Shown one piece after another: positions 17,945 through 30,301 of a stretch of 64,000 nt of DNA. The notes below the pieces were generated by a model that was given only the letters and a program-made list of their open reading frames with translations, had not been told where the DNA came from and did not search any database. Numbering within the stretch: the stretch's first letter is position 1; every line of letters begins with the position of its first letter. Source of the stretch: Clostridia bacterium (lineage in GTDB: Bacteria; Bacillota; Clostridia; TANB77; CAG-465); the NCBI GenBank assembly GCA_045536565.1, contig JAZSNU010000003.1, forward strand, positions 32,001 to 96,000, in the 5' to 3' direction. The position numbers were made by a program, and so were the translations under genes.

Positions 17945-18140
17945 ATTTGCGTAGAAGTGGGATGTGGCTATCCTGAGAGATAGGGAACTTCCATGGAGCA
18001 TGTCTGATTTAAAATCGGGCGGCAAGTATATAATTTGTATTTGCCAAATTTAAAAACTGTTATTTAGATTTGGCTTTCTTTACGGATTAGTTACGAAACA
18101 CACGGGGTAGTGTAAAACTTGCGAGTCCTTGAAATCATAG
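17945..18140 (+). promoter_or_regulatory. Long structured 5' leader of the S10 operon (r-leader candidate)
   Basis: TTGATT-17-TATAAT promoter at ~17906-17934; GC-richer ~200-nt leader before rpsJ. Confidence 0.5.
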
Positions 18141-18156
18141 TAAAGGAGAGATAAAA

Positions 18157-18474
18157 ATGGCAAAAACAAATGTATCTAAAATGAGAATAAGATTAAAAGC
18201 TTATGATCACGTAGTGCTAGAGCAAACAGCATCTAAGATAGTTGACGTGGCTAAAAATTCTGGAGCAGCAGTTTCTGGTCCAATTCCACTACCAACTAAA
18301 AAGGAAATCATAACAATCTTACGTAGTCCTCACAAACACAAAGATTCAAGAGAACAATTTGAAATGAGAACTCACAAAAGAGTTATCGATGTTGTAGCAC
18401 CAAACCAAGCAACAGTTGATGCGTTAATGGCAATAGATATGCCAGCTGGTGTTGAAATCGAAGTTAAACTTTAA
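18157..18474 (+). CDS. rpsJ: 30S ribosomal protein S10
   Basis: [28 protein letters not shown]. Confidence 0.98.
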   Translation: MAKTNVSKMRIRLKAYDHVVLEQTASKIVDVAKNSGAAVSGPIPLPTKKEIITILRSPHKHKDSREQFEMRTHKRVIDVVAPNQATVDALMAIDMPAGVEIEVKL

Positions 18475-18584
18475 TAATATTTAGTAGTCATCCTGAATAG
18501 TTCAGGCAAGTGACATACCCTATACTAAATATGGCATAAAAGAATAACTTAAAAGTTTAGAGTATTTAAAAGGGAGGAAAAAAC

Positions 18585-19214
18585 ATGAAAGAGATTTACG
18601 GTAAAAAATTAGGAATGACTCAAATCTTTGATCAAGATGGTGTAGCTATTCCAGTAACTGTAATCGAAGTTGAACCTATGACAGTTGTAGCTAAAAAAAC
18701 AGTTGAAAAAGAAGGTTACAATGCAATAGTAGTAAGCTTTGGAGAAATCAAAGAAAAGAATGTAAATAAACCACAAAAAGGAATATTTGCAAAAGCAGGA
18801 GTACCTGTAAAAAGAAATCTAAAAGAAATTAAATTAGATAACGTTGATGAATACGAAATAGGTGCAGAAATTGACCTAACAGTATTTGAAGATGGTGACA
18901 TGGTTGATGTTAGAGGTGTTTCAAAAGGTAAAGGATTCCAAGGAAACATTAAAAGACATGGTCAACATAGAGGACCTTCATCACATGGTTCTAACTATCA
19001 TAGAAGACCAGGTTCTATGGGAGCAACTTCTACTCCAGGTAGAGTATTTAAAGGTAAAAAACTTCCAGGACATATGGGTAACGTAAACAGAGCAGTGCTT
19101 AACTTAAAAGTAGTTAAAGTAGATACTGACAAAAAAGCAATTTTAGTTAAAGGTTCAGTACCTGGTGCTAAAGGAGCAACATTAAATATTAAGAAAAGTG
19201 TAAAATCAAACTAA
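18585..19214 (+). CDS. rplC: 50S ribosomal protein L3
   Basis: [24 protein letters not shown]. Confidence 0.98.
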   Translation: MKEIYGKKLGMTQIFDQDGVAIPVTVIEVEPMTVVAKKTVEKEGYNAIVVSFGEIKEKNVNKPQKGIFAKAGVPVKRNLKEIKLDNVDEYEIGAEIDLTVFEDGDMVDVRGVSKGKGFQGNIKRHGQHRGPSSHGSNYHRRPGSMGATSTPGRVFKGKKLPGHMGNVNRAVLNLKVVKVDTDKKAILVKGSVPGAKGATLNIKKSVKSN

Positions 19215-19232
19215 TAGGGAGGAGGAAATATA

Positions 19233-19853
19233 ATGCTTAAAACAGACGTATTAGATATGAAGGGTAAAAAAGTATCAGACATCGAACTAAGTGATGCAGT
19301 TTTTGGTGTAGAAGTAAATGAAATTGCAGTTCATGAAGCATTAGTTAATTTCTTAGCTAATCAAAGACAAGGAACTCAAAGCACAAAAACAAGAGCAGAA
19401 GTTCGTGGTGGTGGTAAAAAACCATGGAGACAAAAAGGAACTGGTAGAGCAAGACAAGGAAGCATAAGAGCTCCACAATGGATAAAAGGTGGTATCGCAC
19501 TTGGACCAAAACCAAGATCATACAGATACTCAATTCCAAAGAAAGTAAGAATGCTTGCTATAAAATCAATACTTACTTCAAAATTATCTGAAGGTAATTT
19601 AGTAGTAGTAGATAAAATAGAATTAAAAGAAATTAAAACAGCGGCTATGGTAAAAGCGCTTAAAGCTTTAAAAGCTGAAAAAGCTTTAGTAATGTTAAAT
19701 GAAAAGAACTTAAATGTTCAAGCATCTAGCAGAAACATAGAAAACGTTAAAACTACATTAGTAAATACAATAAATGTTTATGATTTATTAAAATACGAAA
19801 AATTAGTTATTGACGTTCAAGCTGTAAAGAGCCTAGAGGAGGTGTACGCATAA
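19233..19853 (+). CDS. rplD: 50S ribosomal protein L4
   Basis: [30 protein letters not shown]. Confidence 0.98.
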   Translation: MLKTDVLDMKGKKVSDIELSDAVFGVEVNEIAVHEALVNFLANQRQGTQSTKTRAEVRGGGKKPWRQKGTGRARQGSIRAPQWIKGGIALGPKPRSYRYSIPKKVRMLAIKSILTSKLSEGNLVVVDKIELKEIKTAAMVKALKALKAEKALVMLNEKNLNVQASSRNIENVKTTLVNTINVYDLLKYEKLVIDVQAVKSLEEVYA

Positions 19854-19854
19854 G

Positions 19855-20214
19855 ATGAAATACGCAGAAGATATAATCGTAAGACCAATAATAACTGAAA
19901 AAAGTTATGAAGCAATGGCAGATGGTAAATATACTTTTGAAGTAGCAGTAAACGCTACTAAGTTAGAAATAAAAAATGCAGTTGAAAAATTATTTTCTGT
20001 TAAAGTTAAAAAAGTTAACACTCTTAGATACGATGGTAAAATGAAAAGAGTTGGAGCACACCTAGGAAAAACAAAAGCTTGGAAAAAAGCAATAGTACAA
20101 ATTGATACTAACCCATCTGAAGAAAAATATATGACTAAAGGTGGAAAAGTAGTAACAAGTAATAAAAAATATAAAACAGAAATAGAAGAAATCAGCTCAG
20201 CATTTGCTAAGTAG
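19855..20214 (+). CDS. rplW: 50S ribosomal protein L23 (C-terminal extension)
   Basis: [18 protein letters not shown]. Confidence 0.97.
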   Translation: MKYAEDIIVRPIITEKSYEAMADGKYTFEVAVNATKLEIKNAVEKLFSVKVKKVNTLRYDGKMKRVGAHLGKTKAWKKAIVQIDTNPSEEKYMTKGGKVVTSNKKYKTEIEEISSAFAK

Positions 20215-20232
20215 TAAAAGGAGGAAATCAAA

Positions 20233-21066
20233 GTGGGAATAAAATCATTTAAACCAGTTACTCCATCTAGAAGACAAATGACAGTTTTAACTTATGATGA
20301 AATAACAAAACATGAACCAGAAAAAGCTTTACTTTCAAAAGTTAAGAAAAATGCTGGTAGAAACTCATCAGGAAGAATAACTGTTAGACATCAAGGTGGC
20401 GGTGCTAGAAGAAAATATAGAATAATTGATTTTAAAAGAAACAAAGTTGATATGGAAGCTACTGTAATTGGTATCGAATATGATCCAAACAGAAGTGCAA
20501 ATATTGCTTTAATAGAATATGAAGATAAAACAAGAGCATATATAATTGCTCCAATTGGTTTAACAGATGGTGATAAAGTTATATCTGCAGAAACAGCTGA
20601 TATAAAACCAGGTAACTGTATGCCAATAAAATCAATCCCTGTTGGTACAATGATACACAACATTGAAATGCACAAAGGTAAAGGTGCACAACTTGTAAGA
20701 AGTGCAGGAGATGCAGCACAACTTATGGCAAAAGAAGGAAAATACGCACATGTAAGAATGCCTTCTGGCGAAATGAGATTAATACCTGTTGATTGTAAAG
20801 CAACAATCGGAACAGTAGGAAACACTGATCACTCAAATGTTGTTTTAGGTAAAGCAGGAAGAACAAGACATATGGGAATAAGACCTACTGTAAGAGGTAG
20901 CGTAATGAACCCTTGCGATCACCCTCATGGTGGTGGTGAAGGTAAAGCACCAGTAGGAAGACCAGGACCAGTTACTCCTTGGGGTAAACCAGCACTTGGT
21001 TATAAAACGCGTAAGAAAAACCATAGAACAGATAAATATATCGTTAAGAGAAGAAATAGTAAATAA
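20233..21066 (+). CDS. rplB: 50S ribosomal protein L2
   Basis: [31 protein letters not shown]. Confidence 0.98.
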   Translation: MGIKSFKPVTPSRRQMTVLTYDEITKHEPEKALLSKVKKNAGRNSSGRITVRHQGGGARRKYRIIDFKRNKVDMEATVIGIEYDPNRSANIALIEYEDKTRAYIIAPIGLTDGDKVISAETADIKPGNCMPIKSIPVGTMIHNIEMHKGKGAQLVRSAGDAAQLMAKEGKYAHVRMPSGEMRLIPVDCKATIGTVGNTDHSNVVLGKAGRTRHMGIRPTVRGSVMNPCDHPHGGGEGKAPVGRPGPVTPWGKPALGYKTRKKNHRTDKYIVKRRNSK

Positions 21067-21086
21067 TAGATTGGGAGGTAAAGTCT

Positions 21087-21368
21087 ATGTCAAGATCGCT
21101 TAAAAAAGGACCTTATGTTGACGCTAAGTTACTTGCAAGAATCGAAAAAATGAACGAAGAAGATAAAAAAGTAGCTTTAAAAACATGGTCAAGATCTTCT
21201 ACAATTTATCCTCAAATGATTGGTCACACAATCGCAGTACATGATGGAAGAAAACATGTTCCAGTATATGTAACTGAGGAAATGGTAGGACACAAATTAG
21301 GAGAATTTGCTCCAACAAGATTTTTCAGAGGTCATGCGGGAGATAAAAAAAGCAAATTAAAGAAATAA
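21087..21368 (+). CDS. rpsS: 30S ribosomal protein S19
   Basis: [20 protein letters not shown]. Confidence 0.98.
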   Translation: MSRSLKKGPYVDAKLLARIEKMNEEDKKVALKTWSRSSTIYPQMIGHTIAVHDGRKHVPVYVTEEMVGHKLGEFAPTRFFRGHAGDKKSKLKK

Positions 21369-21393
21369 GAAATTAAGTAAGGAGGAGCCTTAA

Positions 21394-21729
21394 ATGGAAG
21401 CAAGAGCAGAACTTAAATATGCTAGAATAAGTAGCAGAAAAGTTAAGATAGTAATTGACCTTATAAAAGGTAAACCTGCTAAAGAAGCAGCTACAATATT
21501 AAAATATACTAATAAAGCTGCAGCACCAATAGTAGGAAAATTATTAAAATCAGCTATTGCAAATGCAACAAACAACCATAACATGGATGAAACTAAATTA
21601 GTTGTTGCAGAAGCATATGCTAATCAAGGACCTACATTAAAGAGAATTATGCCAAGAGCTCAAGGTAGAGCTTATCAAATAAGAAAAAGAACTAGCCATA
21701 TAACAATCGTATTAAAAGAGGCTAACTAA
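21394..21729 (+). CDS. rplV: 50S ribosomal protein L22
   Basis: [15 protein letters not shown]. Confidence 0.98.
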   Translation: MEARAELKYARISSRKVKIVIDLIKGKPAKEAATILKYTNKAAAPIVGKLLKSAIANATNNHNMDETKLVVAEAYANQGPTLKRIMPRAQGRAYQIRKRTSHITIVLKEAN

Positions 21730-21747
21730 TAAAAGGAGGAACTATTT

Positions 21748-22404
21748 ATGGGTCAAAAAGTAAGTCCACATGGTTTAAGAGTTGGAATTATAAAAGATTG
21801 GTCTTCTAAATGGTATGCAAACAAACAAGATTTTGCAGACAACTTAGTAGAAGATAACAAAATCCGTGTATACTTAAAGAAACTTTTAAAGCCAGCTGGA
21901 ATATCTCAAATAGATATTGAAAGAAAAAATGAAGAAGTAAAAGTTAATCTATACACAGCAAAACCTGGAATGATAATCGGAAAAGGTGGAGCAGCAATAG
22001 AAGAATTAAAAACTAAATTAGACAAAATGACAGGTAAAAACGTATCAATAAATATAGTAGAAATCAAAAACATTGATATGGACGCTACACTTGTTGCAGA
22101 AAACATAGCATTACAACTTGAAAAGAGAATATCTTTCAGAAGAGCTATGAAACAATGCATGTCAAGAACAATGAAAGCAGGAGCTTTAGGTATTAAAACT
22201 CAAGTTTCTGGAAGACTTGGCGGTGCTGAAATCGCAAGAAGCGAACATTATAGTGAAGGAACAATTCCTCTTCAAACTTTAAGAGCAGATATTGATTATG
22301 GATTTGCGGAAGCAAAAACAACATATGGAATAATCGGTGTTAAAGTTTGGATATACAAAGGTGAAGTTTTACCTGCTAAAAAAGAAGTAAAAGGAGGTAA
22401 ATAA
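21748..22404 (+). CDS. rpsC: 30S ribosomal protein S3
   Basis: [35 protein letters not shown]. Confidence 0.98.
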   Translation: MGQKVSPHGLRVGIIKDWSSKWYANKQDFADNLVEDNKIRVYLKKLLKPAGISQIDIERKNEEVKVNLYTAKPGMIIGKGGAAIEELKTKLDKMTGKNVSINIVEIKNIDMDATLVAENIALQLEKRISFRRAMKQCMSRTMKAGALGIKTQVSGRLGGAEIARSEHYSEGTIPLQTLRADIDYGFAEAKTTYGIIGVKVWIYKGEVLPAKKEVKGGK

Positions 22405-22406
22405 TC

Positions 22407-22838
22407 ATGTTATCACCAAAAAGAGTAAAACATAGAAAAGTTCAAAAGGGAGTTGGAAAAGGAAAAGCTACTCGTGGAACTAAATTAGCATTTGGAGATT
22501 ATGGTATTCAAGCATTAGAACCAGCATGGATAACAGCTAACCAAATCGAATCAGCCAGAATAACACTTTCAAGATATACTAAAAAAGTTGGTAAAACATA
22601 CATCAAGATTTTCCCAGATAAACCAATAACTAAGAAAGCTGCTGAAACTCGTATGGGATCTGGTAAAGGTAACCCAGAATACTTCGTAGCACCAGTTAAA
22701 GCTGGAAGAATATTATTCGAAGTAGCAGGTCTTCCAGAAGCAGATGCTAGAGAAGCGTTAAGAAAAGCTATTCACAAACTTCCTATTAGATGTAAAATAG
22801 TATCTAAAGAAGACGTGGGAGGTATAGCTCATGAATAA
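22407..22838 (+). CDS. rplP: 50S ribosomal protein L16
   Basis: [17 protein letters not shown]. Confidence 0.98.
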   Translation: MLSPKRVKHRKVQKGVGKGKATRGTKLAFGDYGIQALEPAWITANQIESARITLSRYTKKVGKTYIKIFPDKPITKKAAETRMGSGKGNPEYFVAPVKAGRILFEVAGLPEADAREALRKAIHKLPIRCKIVSKEDVGGIAHE

Positions 22839-23037
22839 AAATATGGAAAAATACAATAAAATGAGTAAAGAAGATTTACTAAAAGAATTAAAAGAATTAA
22901 AACAAGAGTTGTTCAAATTAAGATTTGGTCTTGCAATGAATGGATTAGACAACCCAAATAAAATAAAGGAAACTAAGAAAAACATAGCAAGAGTAAATAC
23001 AGTATTAACAACATTAGAAAAAGGAAGTAAAGAATAG
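22831..23037 (+). CDS. rpmC: 50S ribosomal protein L29
   Basis: [10 protein letters not shown]...KKNIARVNT; position in operon. Confidence 0.95.
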   Translation: MNKNMEKYNKMSKEDLLKELKELKQELFKLRFGLAMNGLDNPNKIKETKKNIARVNTVLTTLEKGSKE

Positions 23038-23049
23038 GAGGTAAGTTTA

Positions 23050-23304
23050 GTGGAAAGAAATGCTAGAAAAACAAAAATTGGTAAAGTAGTATCAAATAAA
23101 ATGGATAAGACAATAGTTGTAAGAATAGACACTAAGTTTAAACATCCGCTTTATAACAAAATTCAAAATGAGACATTAAAAATAAAAGCTCATGATGAAA
23201 ATAACGAATGTGGCATCGGTGATATTGTAGAAGTAATGGAAACAAGACCACTTAGCCGTGATAAAAGATATAGACTTGTTAGAATAGTTGAAAAGGCTAA
23301 GTAA
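23050..23304 (+). CDS. rpsQ: 30S ribosomal protein S17
   Basis: [20 protein letters not shown]. Confidence 0.98.
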   Translation: MERNARKTKIGKVVSNKMDKTIVVRIDTKFKHPLYNKIQNETLKIKAHDENNECGIGDIVEVMETRPLSRDKRYRLVRIVEKAK

Positions 23305-23327
23305 TAGAAAAGGAGGTAAAACGCGCT

Positions 23328-23696
23328 ATGATACAACAACAATCATTATTAAAGGTAGCTGATAATACTGGGGCAAAAGAATTAATGTGTATTAGAGTTT
23401 TAGGTGGACACCACAGAAAATGGGGTAACATCGGAGACGTAGTAGTGGCTTCAGTTAAAAAAGCAATACCAGGAGGCGTTGTAAAAAAAGGTGACGTAGT
23501 TAAAGCTGTTATAGTAAGATCTAAAAGAGGTCTTAGAAGAGAAGACGGATCATATATCAGATTCGACGAAAATGCAGCAGTTATAATAAAAGATGACAAG
23601 ACTCCAAGAGGTACACGTATCTTTGGGCCTGTTGCAAGAGAATTAAGAGATGATGATTACATGAAAATCATATCTCTAGCACCAGAAGTACTATAA
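23328..23696 (+). CDS. rplN: 50S ribosomal protein L14
   Basis: [28 protein letters not shown]. Confidence 0.98.
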   Translation: MIQQQSLLKVADNTGAKELMCIRVLGGHHRKWGNIGDVVVASVKKAIPGGVVKKGDVVKAVIVRSKRGLRREDGSYIRFDENAAVIIKDDKTPRGTRIFGPVARELRDDDYMKIISLAPEVL

Positions 23697-23713
23697 TATG
23701 GAGGTGACGAAAG

Positions 23714-24055
23714 GTGAAGAAAAACGTAGTTAACACATCAAAAGTAAAATTAAGAGTTGGAGACACTGTAATACTTGATGTTAAAAATAAAGAAGAAAGA
23801 AAAAAAGGTAAAGTGCTTTCAGTTTTAAGAAAAGAAAACAAAGTTCTTGTTGAAGGTATAAACGTAAGAACAAGACATGTTAAACCAAGAAGACAAGGCG
23901 AAGAATCTGGAATTATAAAAAGAGAAGCACCTGTAAACATATCAAAAGTTAGCTATTTTTGTCCAAAATGTGAAAGAGGAGCAAAATTAGGAATTAAGAT
24001 TGTTGACGGAAAAAGAATAAGATTTTGCAGAAAATGTAAAGAAGAAATAAAATAA
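23714..24055 (+). CDS. rplX: 50S ribosomal protein L24
   Basis: GDTV, VLVEGIN, EAPVNISKV; CPKC/CRKC motif. Confidence 0.96.
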   Translation: MKKNVVNTSKVKLRVGDTVILDVKNKEERKKGKVLSVLRKENKVLVEGINVRTRHVKPRRQGEESGIIKREAPVNISKVSYFCPKCERGAKLGIKIVDGKRIRFCRKCKEEIK

Positions 24056-24078
24056 GTTAGTAAGGGGGGAAAACCTAA

Positions 24079-24618
24079 ATGAATCTTCAAGAAAGATACA
24101 AAAAAGAAGTTGTACCTGCATTAAAAGAAAAATTTGGATACAAATCAATAATGCAAGTGCCAAAATTAGAAAAAATAGTTATCAACATGGGAGTATCTGA
24201 TGTAAAAGAAAGCTCTAAAGCATTAGAAATTGCTATGAGAGATTTAGAAACTATATCAGGTCAAAAACCAGTTGCAACTAGAGCTAAAAAATCAATAGCT
24301 GCATTTAAATTAAGAGAAGGAATGAATATCGGTTGTAAAGTAACTTTAAGAAGTGAAAAAATGTATGAATTCGCTACAAGATTATTCAACGTTGCACTTC
24401 CAAGAGTTAGAGATTTCAAAGGCGTATCTCCAAAATCATTTGATGGAAGAGGAAACTATGCTTTAGGAATTAAAGAGCAAATGATATTCCCTGAAATAGA
24501 ATATGATAAAGTTGATAAAGCAAGAGGTATGGACGTTATATTCGTAACTACTGCTAAAAGTAACGAAGAGGCTATGGCATTACTTGAAATGCTTGGATTG
24601 CCTTTCGCAAAACACTAG
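24079..24618 (+). CDS. rplE: 50S ribosomal protein L5
   Basis: [28 protein letters not shown]. Confidence 0.98.
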   Translation: MNLQERYKKEVVPALKEKFGYKSIMQVPKLEKIVINMGVSDVKESSKALEIAMRDLETISGQKPVATRAKKSIAAFKLREGMNIGCKVTLRSEKMYEFATRLFNVALPRVRDFKGVSPKSFDGRGNYALGIKEQMIFPEIEYDKVDKARGMDVIFVTTAKSNEEAMALLEMLGLPFAKH

Positions 24619-24630
24619 GAGGTATTGAGC

Positions 24631-24816
24631 ATGGCAAAAAAATCAATGATTGCTAAGCAACAACGTGAACCAAAGTTCAGCACAAGATACTATAATAGAT
24701 GTAAATTATGTGGAAGACCACATTCATATATGAGAAAATATGGTATCTGTCGTCTTTGCTTTAGAAAATTAGCATATAACGGAGAAATACCAGGCGTTAA
24801 AAAAGCAAGCTGGTAA
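24631..24816 (+). CDS. rpsN: 30S ribosomal protein S14 (Zn-binding type Z)
   Basis: RCKLCGRP...CRLCFR, GVKKASW. Confidence 0.97.
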   Translation: MAKKSMIAKQQREPKFSTRYYNRCKLCGRPHSYMRKYGICRLCFRKLAYNGEIPGVKKASW

Positions 24817-24842
24817 TAATAAGGAAAAGGAGGTAACAGAGA

Positions 24843-25244
24843 ATGAACGTAAACGTAACAGACTCTATTGCAGATATGTTAACTAGAATAAGAAACGCTA
24901 ACAAACAAAAACATCAAACTGTTGATGTTCCTTATTCAAAAGTTAAAAATGAAATAGCAAAAATACTTCTAGAAGAAGGTTATGTTTCAAATTTTGAAGT
25001 AGCTGAAAATGGAAGTCATAAAACATTAAGAATAGAACTTAAATACGATTCAAACAAACCTGTAATTCAAGGTTTAAAAAGAATATCTAAACCAGGATTA
25101 AGAATATACGCAGAAGCACAAGAACTTCCAAGAGTATTAAATGGTTTAGGAATAGCAATTATTTCTACATCAAAAGGTATCATGACTGATAGAAAAGCAA
25201 GAAACCTTAACGTAGGTGGAGAAGTAATGGCATATGTATGGTAA
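24843..25244 (+). CDS. rpsH: 30S ribosomal protein S8
   Basis: [21 protein letters not shown]. Confidence 0.98.
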   Translation: MNVNVTDSIADMLTRIRNANKQKHQTVDVPYSKVKNEIAKILLEEGYVSNFEVAENGSHKTLRIELKYDSNKPVIQGLKRISKPGLRIYAEAQELPRVLNGLGIAIISTSKGIMTDRKARNLNVGGEVMAYVW

Positions 25245-25258
25245 GGAGGAAATGAAAA

Positions 25259-25795
25259 GTGTCTAGAATAGGAAAGAAACCAATCGAAGTTCCTCAAGGT
25301 GTTGAAGTAACAATTAATGGATCTGATATAACAGTTAAAGGTCCAAAAGGAACTTTATCAAGAACAATAGATAATCACATTACAGCAAGTTTAGAAAACA
25401 ACATTCTTACTGTAAACAGAGAATCTGATGATTACAAAGCACTTCATGGTCTTACTAGAACATTAATTTCTAATATGATAACAGGTGTAACAGCTGGTTA
25501 TGAAAAGAAATTAGAAATTGCTGGTGTTGGATATAGAGCAGCTAAACAAGGAAATAAATTAGTACTTACTTTAGGATTCTCTCATCCAGTAGAATTTGAA
25601 GATAGTGAAGATGTTAAAATCGAAGTACCAGACCAAACTACAATTCTTGTAAAAGGTATTGATAATCAAAAAGTTGGTCAAATGGCAGCTAATATAAGAG
25701 CTAAGAAACCACCTGAACCATATAAAGGTAAAGGTATAAAATACGCTGGTGAAAGAATAATCAGAAAAGAAGGTAAAGCTGGCGGTAAAAAATAA
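25259..25795 (+). CDS. rplF: 50S ribosomal protein L6
   Basis: [20 protein letters not shown]. Confidence 0.98.
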   Translation: MSRIGKKPIEVPQGVEVTINGSDITVKGPKGTLSRTIDNHITASLENNILTVNRESDDYKALHGLTRTLISNMITGVTAGYEKKLEIAGVGYRAAKQGNKLVLTLGFSHPVEFEDSEDVKIEVPDQTTILVKGIDNQKVGQMAANIRAKKPPEPYKGKGIKYAGERIIRKEGKAGGKK

Positions 25796-25825
25796 TAAAC
25801 CCAAAATGTAAAGGAGGGAAAAACT

Positions 25826-26185
25826 GTGATAAGTAAAAGAGATAAAACAGCTAAAAGAGTAGCTAGACAAAAAAGAGTAAGAGCTAAAGTTAAAGGTACA
25901 GAAGCAAGACCAAGACTTTGCGTATTCAGAAGTTTGAACAATATATATGCTCAAATTATCGATGATACAAAAGGTGTAACACTTGCAGAAGCATCTACTT
26001 TAGATAAAGAAGTAAATACAAAAGCTTCAAACATAGCAGCAGCAACAGAAGTTGGAACATTAATTGCTAAAAGAGCTATTGAGAAGAAAATAGATACTGT
26101 AGTATTCGATAGAAACGGATATTTATATCATGGTAAAGTAAAAGCCCTTGCAGAAGCTGCAAGAGAGGCAGGACTTAAATTCTAA
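25826..26185 (+). CDS. rplR: 50S ribosomal protein L18
   Basis: [19 protein letters not shown]. Confidence 0.98.
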   Translation: MISKRDKTAKRVARQKRVRAKVKGTEARPRLCVFRSLNNIYAQIIDDTKGVTLAEASTLDKEVNTKASNIAAATEVGTLIAKRAIEKKIDTVVFDRNGYLYHGKVKALAEAAREAGLKF

Positions 26186-26201
26186 GTAAAGGAGAAAAAG
26201 T

Positions 26202-26693
26202 ATGGTAGAATCAAAACAAGAATTCAAAGAAAAAGTTGTTTATGTAGGCCGTGTAGCAAAAGTTGTTAAAGGTGGAAGAACTTTTAGATTCAGCGTACTA
26301 GTAGTTGTTGGTGACGAAAAAGGTAGAGTTGGAGTAGGTTCTGGAAAAGCATCTGAAGTACCAGAAGCAATAAAGAAAGCTACAGAAGAAGCTAAAAGAA
26401 ATATCATAAATGTTCCAATCGTTAATGGCACATTACCACATGAATATACAACTAACTTTGGTTCATCAAAAGTAATAATTAAACCAGCTGTTGAAGGTAC
26501 AGGTGTTATCGCTGGTGGAGCAGTAAGACCAGTATTAGAACTTGCTGGAGTAAAAAATGTTACAGCTAAAACATTAGGTTCTCGTAATAGCAGAAACATA
26601 GTTCTAGCAACTATGAAAGCTTTAAAAGAAATGAGAACTCCAGAAGAAATAGCTAGACTTAGAGGAAAAACAGTAGCAGAATTATATAATTAA
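26202..26693 (+). CDS. rpsE: 30S ribosomal protein S5
   Basis: [18 protein letters not shown]. Confidence 0.98.
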   Translation: MVESKQEFKEKVVYVGRVAKVVKGGRTFRFSVLVVVGDEKGRVGVGSGKASEVPEAIKKATEEAKRNIINVPIVNGTLPHEYTTNFGSSKVIIKPAVEGTGVIAGGAVRPVLELAGVKNVTAKTLGSRNSRNIVLATMKALKEMRTPEEIARLRGKTVAELYN

Positions 26694-26725
26694 TAAGAAA
26701 TGTTTTAGAGAGGAGGAAAAACCAA

Positions 26726-27166
26726 ATGAAAATACACGAATTGGGACCTGGTGCAGGAGCAAAAACAACTGTTAAAAGAGTTGGTAGAGGTATTGGTTCT
26801 GGACTTGGTAAAACAGCAGGAAAAGGTCATAAAGGACAAAAAGCAAGAACTGGTGGAACAATCAGAAGAGGATTCGAAGGAGGACAAACTCCATTAATGA
26901 GAAGAATTCCTAAAAGAGGATTTAACAACATTTTTGCAAAAGAATATGCAACAATTAATGTTTCAGATTTAGAAAGATTTGAAGATGGAACAGTTGTAAA
27001 TATTGAATTATTATTAAACGAAGGAATAATAAGAAAAGAATTAGATGGCCTTAAAGTATTAGGAAATGGAAATTTAACTAAGAAATTAACAGTTGAGGCA
27101 ACTAAGTTCTCTGCATCAGCTATAGAAAAAATAGAAGCTGCAGGTGGAAAGACAGAGGTGAAGTAA
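26726..27166 (+). CDS. rplO: 50S ribosomal protein L15
   Basis: [21 protein letters not shown]. Confidence 0.98.
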   Translation: MKIHELGPGAGAKTTVKRVGRGIGSGLGKTAGKGHKGQKARTGGTIRRGFEGGQTPLMRRIPKRGFNNIFAKEYATINVSDLERFEDGTVVNIELLLNEGIIRKELDGLKVLGNGNLTKKLTVEATKFSASAIEKIEAAGGKTEVK

Positions 27167-27167
27167 T

Positions 27168-28478
27168 ATGTTTCAAACATTGAAAGATTTATTCTCACTT
27201 AAAGATTTAAGAAAGAAAATCTTATACACTTTGTTAATAGTAATCCTATTTAGAGTAGGATCATACATAGTTGTTCCAGGAATAAATAAAATTGCATTTA
27301 ATGAAGCAGTTACAGCATCATCAAATGGTATATTTAGTACAATAAATATAATTGCTGGTGGTGCATTCCAAAGATTTTCAATATTTGCAATGACTATTTC
27401 TCCTTATATTACAGCATCAATCGTTTTAAACTTGCTTCAAGTTGTAATTCCAAGTTTAGAAAGATTAGCAAAAGAAGGAGAAACTGGTAAACAACAATTA
27501 ATGAAATATACTAAATATTTAACAATAGCTTTTGCTGTTGTTCAATCAGTAGGATTATATTTCACATATAAAGATTATTTATTAGCACCACTTAAAACTG
27601 GTATTGGTAAACCATTTGGTATGATACTATTTGTAGTATCACTTACTGCTGGTACTTCAATACTTATGTGGCTAGCAGATAAGATTACTGAATATGGAAT
27701 TGGTAATGGTGTATCTGTAATAATCTTTACAGGTATAGTAGCAAGTGCACCAGATGCATTCTTAGCACTTGTTAGATATGCAAGTCTATCAGTTACAAAA
27801 GCTATAATCGTATCAGCTTTGGTAATTGCTATGGTAATTGTAGTAGGTGGAGTTGTACTTGTACAACAAGCTGAAAGAAGAATTCCTGTAAACTATGCAA
27901 AAAGAGTAGTAGGAAGAAAAATGATGGGTGGTCAAAATACTCATATTCCTATTAAAGTTGCAATGGCAGGAGTTATGCCAATAATCTTTGCTATGTCATT
28001 TATGGTACTTCCAAGTACAATAATTGGAATAGCTACAAAAGGTCAAGCAACAGGATTTTGGAAGGTTGTAGCAGAAATTTGTTCTGGTCAATCTGAAAAT
28101 ATCTGGTTTGTACTTATATATGTTGTAATATATACAGCATTAATTATAATGTTCACATTTGTATACACAATGTTTATGGTAAATCCAGTAGAAATGTCAA
28201 ACCAATTAAAGAAAAATGGTGGCTTTATACCTGGTATAAGAGCTGGAAAAAATACAGCAGACTATATTTCAAAGGTATTAAAAAGCGTTACATGGGCTGG
28301 AGGAATATTCTTAGCAGCAGTTGCAATATTACCTGCACTTATCCAATTTGGAATGAAAGGTCTAACAATTGGATTTGGTGGTACATCAGTACTTATCGTA
28401 GTATCTGTTGCACTTGAAATGCTTAAAAATGTTGAAGGTCAAATGGTTAGCAGACATTATAAAGGATTCTTGGAATAA
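27168..28478 (+). CDS. secY: Preprotein translocase subunit SecY
   Basis: SPYITASI, GIGNGVS, FIPGIRAG, GGTSVLI. Confidence 0.98.
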   Translation: MFQTLKDLFSLKDLRKKILYTLLIVILFRVGSYIVVPGINKIAFNEAVTASSNGIFSTINIIAGGAFQRFSIFAMTISPYITASIVLNLLQVVIPSLERLAKEGETGKQQLMKYTKYLTIAFAVVQSVGLYFTYKDYLLAPLKTGIGKPFGMILFVVSLTAGTSILMWLADKITEYGIGNGVSVIIFTGIVASAPDAFLALVRYASLSVTKAIIVSALVIAMVIVVGGVVLVQQAERRIPVNYAKRVVGRKMMGGQNTHIPIKVAMAGVMPIIFAMSFMVLPSTIIGIATKGQATGFWKVVAEICSGQSENIWFVLIYVVIYTALIIMFTFVYTMFMVNPVEMSNQLKKNGGFIPGIRAGKNTADYISKVLKSVTWAGGIFLAAVAILPALIQFGMKGLTIGFGGTSVLIVVSVALEMLKNVEGQMVSRHYKGFLE

Positions 28479-28493
28479 GAATAAAATATATAA

Positions 28494-28533
28494 AAAAGAT
28501 TGCTTAGAGTTTAAAACTTTAAGCGATTTTTTT
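28494..28533 (+). terminator. Intrinsic terminator after secY
   Basis: TTGCTTAGAGTT...AACTTTAAGCGA stem followed by T-run. Confidence 0.7.
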
Positions 28534-28640
28534 ACGGCAAATACGATATTTGCTAAGTTGACATAATGCGGATGACGTGATATAATATTAACGCAGTATT
28601 TTAAAAACTATTATTATAATTAATAAAGGAGAAATAGAGT

Positions 28641-29489
28641 ATGAAATTAGTAAAAAGTAAATTTAGCAAATGGCATTGGCTAGTAGATGATAATGGAAAG
28701 AGAATAACCAAAAAGTTTGTAAAGCATTTGGATTATGAGTATGGCCCAATTAAATGTTTAATGATGGCATATAAGAATGATAGCCAAATTGGTTATCTTG
28801 TTATAACACCTGATCGCTATTTTTATTCGGAAGAAAGACCTTTTATTAACGATGTTAACAAAAAATATTATAGTGTTTCAACAGGCGTTGACGATAAGCA
28901 AATTAACTTAACTTATAATAAAGAAGGGAAGTTAATTGGTGATGATATGTATATTTACCTTTATTTAGAGCAAGAAGGAATGTGTGCGGTTCAAATTAAT
29001 GATAAAAGTGGTTTTACAGATGAAAATTTAAATTGGATAATTGAGCCCAAATTTTTAAGTATAAAAACTTTCTTCCTTCATAATAGAGCTATTGTAGAAA
29101 TAGATAAAGATAAATGTGTTATTATAGACAAAAAAGGTAATTATATAGGAGAGCCTTTTGAATGTCATGAAACAGCATATATTCCCGATATAGAAATGCT
29201 ATTTAAGGTAGGAATCATAACTTCTAAATCAACTAATGGCTATTCATCGAAAGACGAAGATTTATCTGAATATTGGGGTATTATGGACTTAGATGGCAAT
29301 GTAATAATCCCAACCAAATATCATGAAATTGAAAAAACAGGTAATTATTATGTGTTAAAAAGGAACGGAAAATATGGATTAGCTGACAGCGAGGGAAAAA
29401 CTATTTTGGAATGTATATATCCTGAAATTGTAGAGTTGGATGATAAATTCGTTGTATCTGAGATGAAAGTAGTTGAAAAACAAAAATAA
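28641..29489 (+). CDS. WG-repeat protein
   Basis: WGIMDLDGNVIIP.KY, KYGLADSEGK..L repeats. Confidence 0.7.
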   Translation: MKLVKSKFSKWHWLVDDNGKRITKKFVKHLDYEYGPIKCLMMAYKNDSQIGYLVITPDRYFYSEERPFINDVNKKYYSVSTGVDDKQINLTYNKEGKLIGDDMYIYLYLEQEGMCAVQINDKSGFTDENLNWIIEPKFLSIKTFFLHNRAIVEIDKDKCVIIDKKGNYIGEPFECHETAYIPDIEMLFKVGIITSKSTNGYSSKDEDLSEYWGIMDLDGNVIIPTKYHEIEKTGNYYVLKRNGKYGLADSEGKTILECIYPEIVELDDKFVVSEMKVVEKQK

Positions 29490-29520
29490 TAACTATCATT
29501 ATAAAGGAGATTTTATAAAA

Positions 29521-30117
29521 ATGAAGAAACGCGTTATTGTTATTATGGCATGTATAGTAATTGTCTGTTTGTTGTCTGTAATGTTATTTTCTTTAGGTTC
29601 AAAAGGAGATATTGGTCCATGCACAGAATATAAATGTGATGTGAAAAATTTTCGGTTAGCAACGACAATAGAAATTAGTAAGGATGGTAAATATTTTTCA
29701 GAAGTTGCAGGGAATTTGTTTAAATTTGTTACTGACCCCCTTACAATGACTGATTATGAAGGAAACAAAATGGCTTATGCTGGTGATACATATCACCTTA
29801 TAGCACAAGATTCTCATGCTATTTTTGTGAATGATAAAGTCAGTGTAGAAATGGTAGGTAAAGTTGAGGTTTTCGGAGAAGAATACGATATTTACAACAG
29901 AGATGGCAAAAAAGTAGCAAATGTTAAATTCAACGCTTTAAATACTGATGGTGAAATGTACGATAGTGACGGAAAGTTGATAGCAGATTTTAATTCGAGA
30001 GTAGGCTTTAATGATTTTAATGTTAGAATAACAGAAAATTGTAATTTGGATGAAAAAACTGTTTTGATGATATTCAGTTCGTATTACAGCGACCAAAAGT
30101 ATGATTCTAATAATTAA
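29521..30117 (+). CDS. Hypothetical exported protein (possibly LURP-one/scramblase-like beta barrel)
   Basis: RBS AAAGGAG before ATG at 29521; N-terminal hydrophobic helix; repeated I.D.DG..IA beta-hairpins. Confidence 0.45.
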   Translation: MKKRVIVIMACIVIVCLLSVMLFSLGSKGDIGPCTEYKCDVKNFRLATTIEISKDGKYFSEVAGNLFKFVTDPLTMTDYEGNKMAYAGDTYHLIAQDSHAIFVNDKVSVEMVGKVEVFGEEYDIYNRDGKKVANVKFNALNTDGEMYDSDGKLIADFNSRVGFNDFNVRITENCNLDEKTVLMIFSSYYSDQKYDSNN

Positions 30118-30301
30118 GTGATTATAACAAAAATGTAGAGAAAGAGGCTTAAATAGCCTCTTTTTTCTGTATATAATACTGTTATTATATATGCCTTGGG
30201 ATGTTAACATAACTTTACAAGGTTGCATATGTATGATATAATTTATGCATAAATTAATAAATACATATTATTTAATAATATATATGAAAGGAGAGAATAT
30301 T

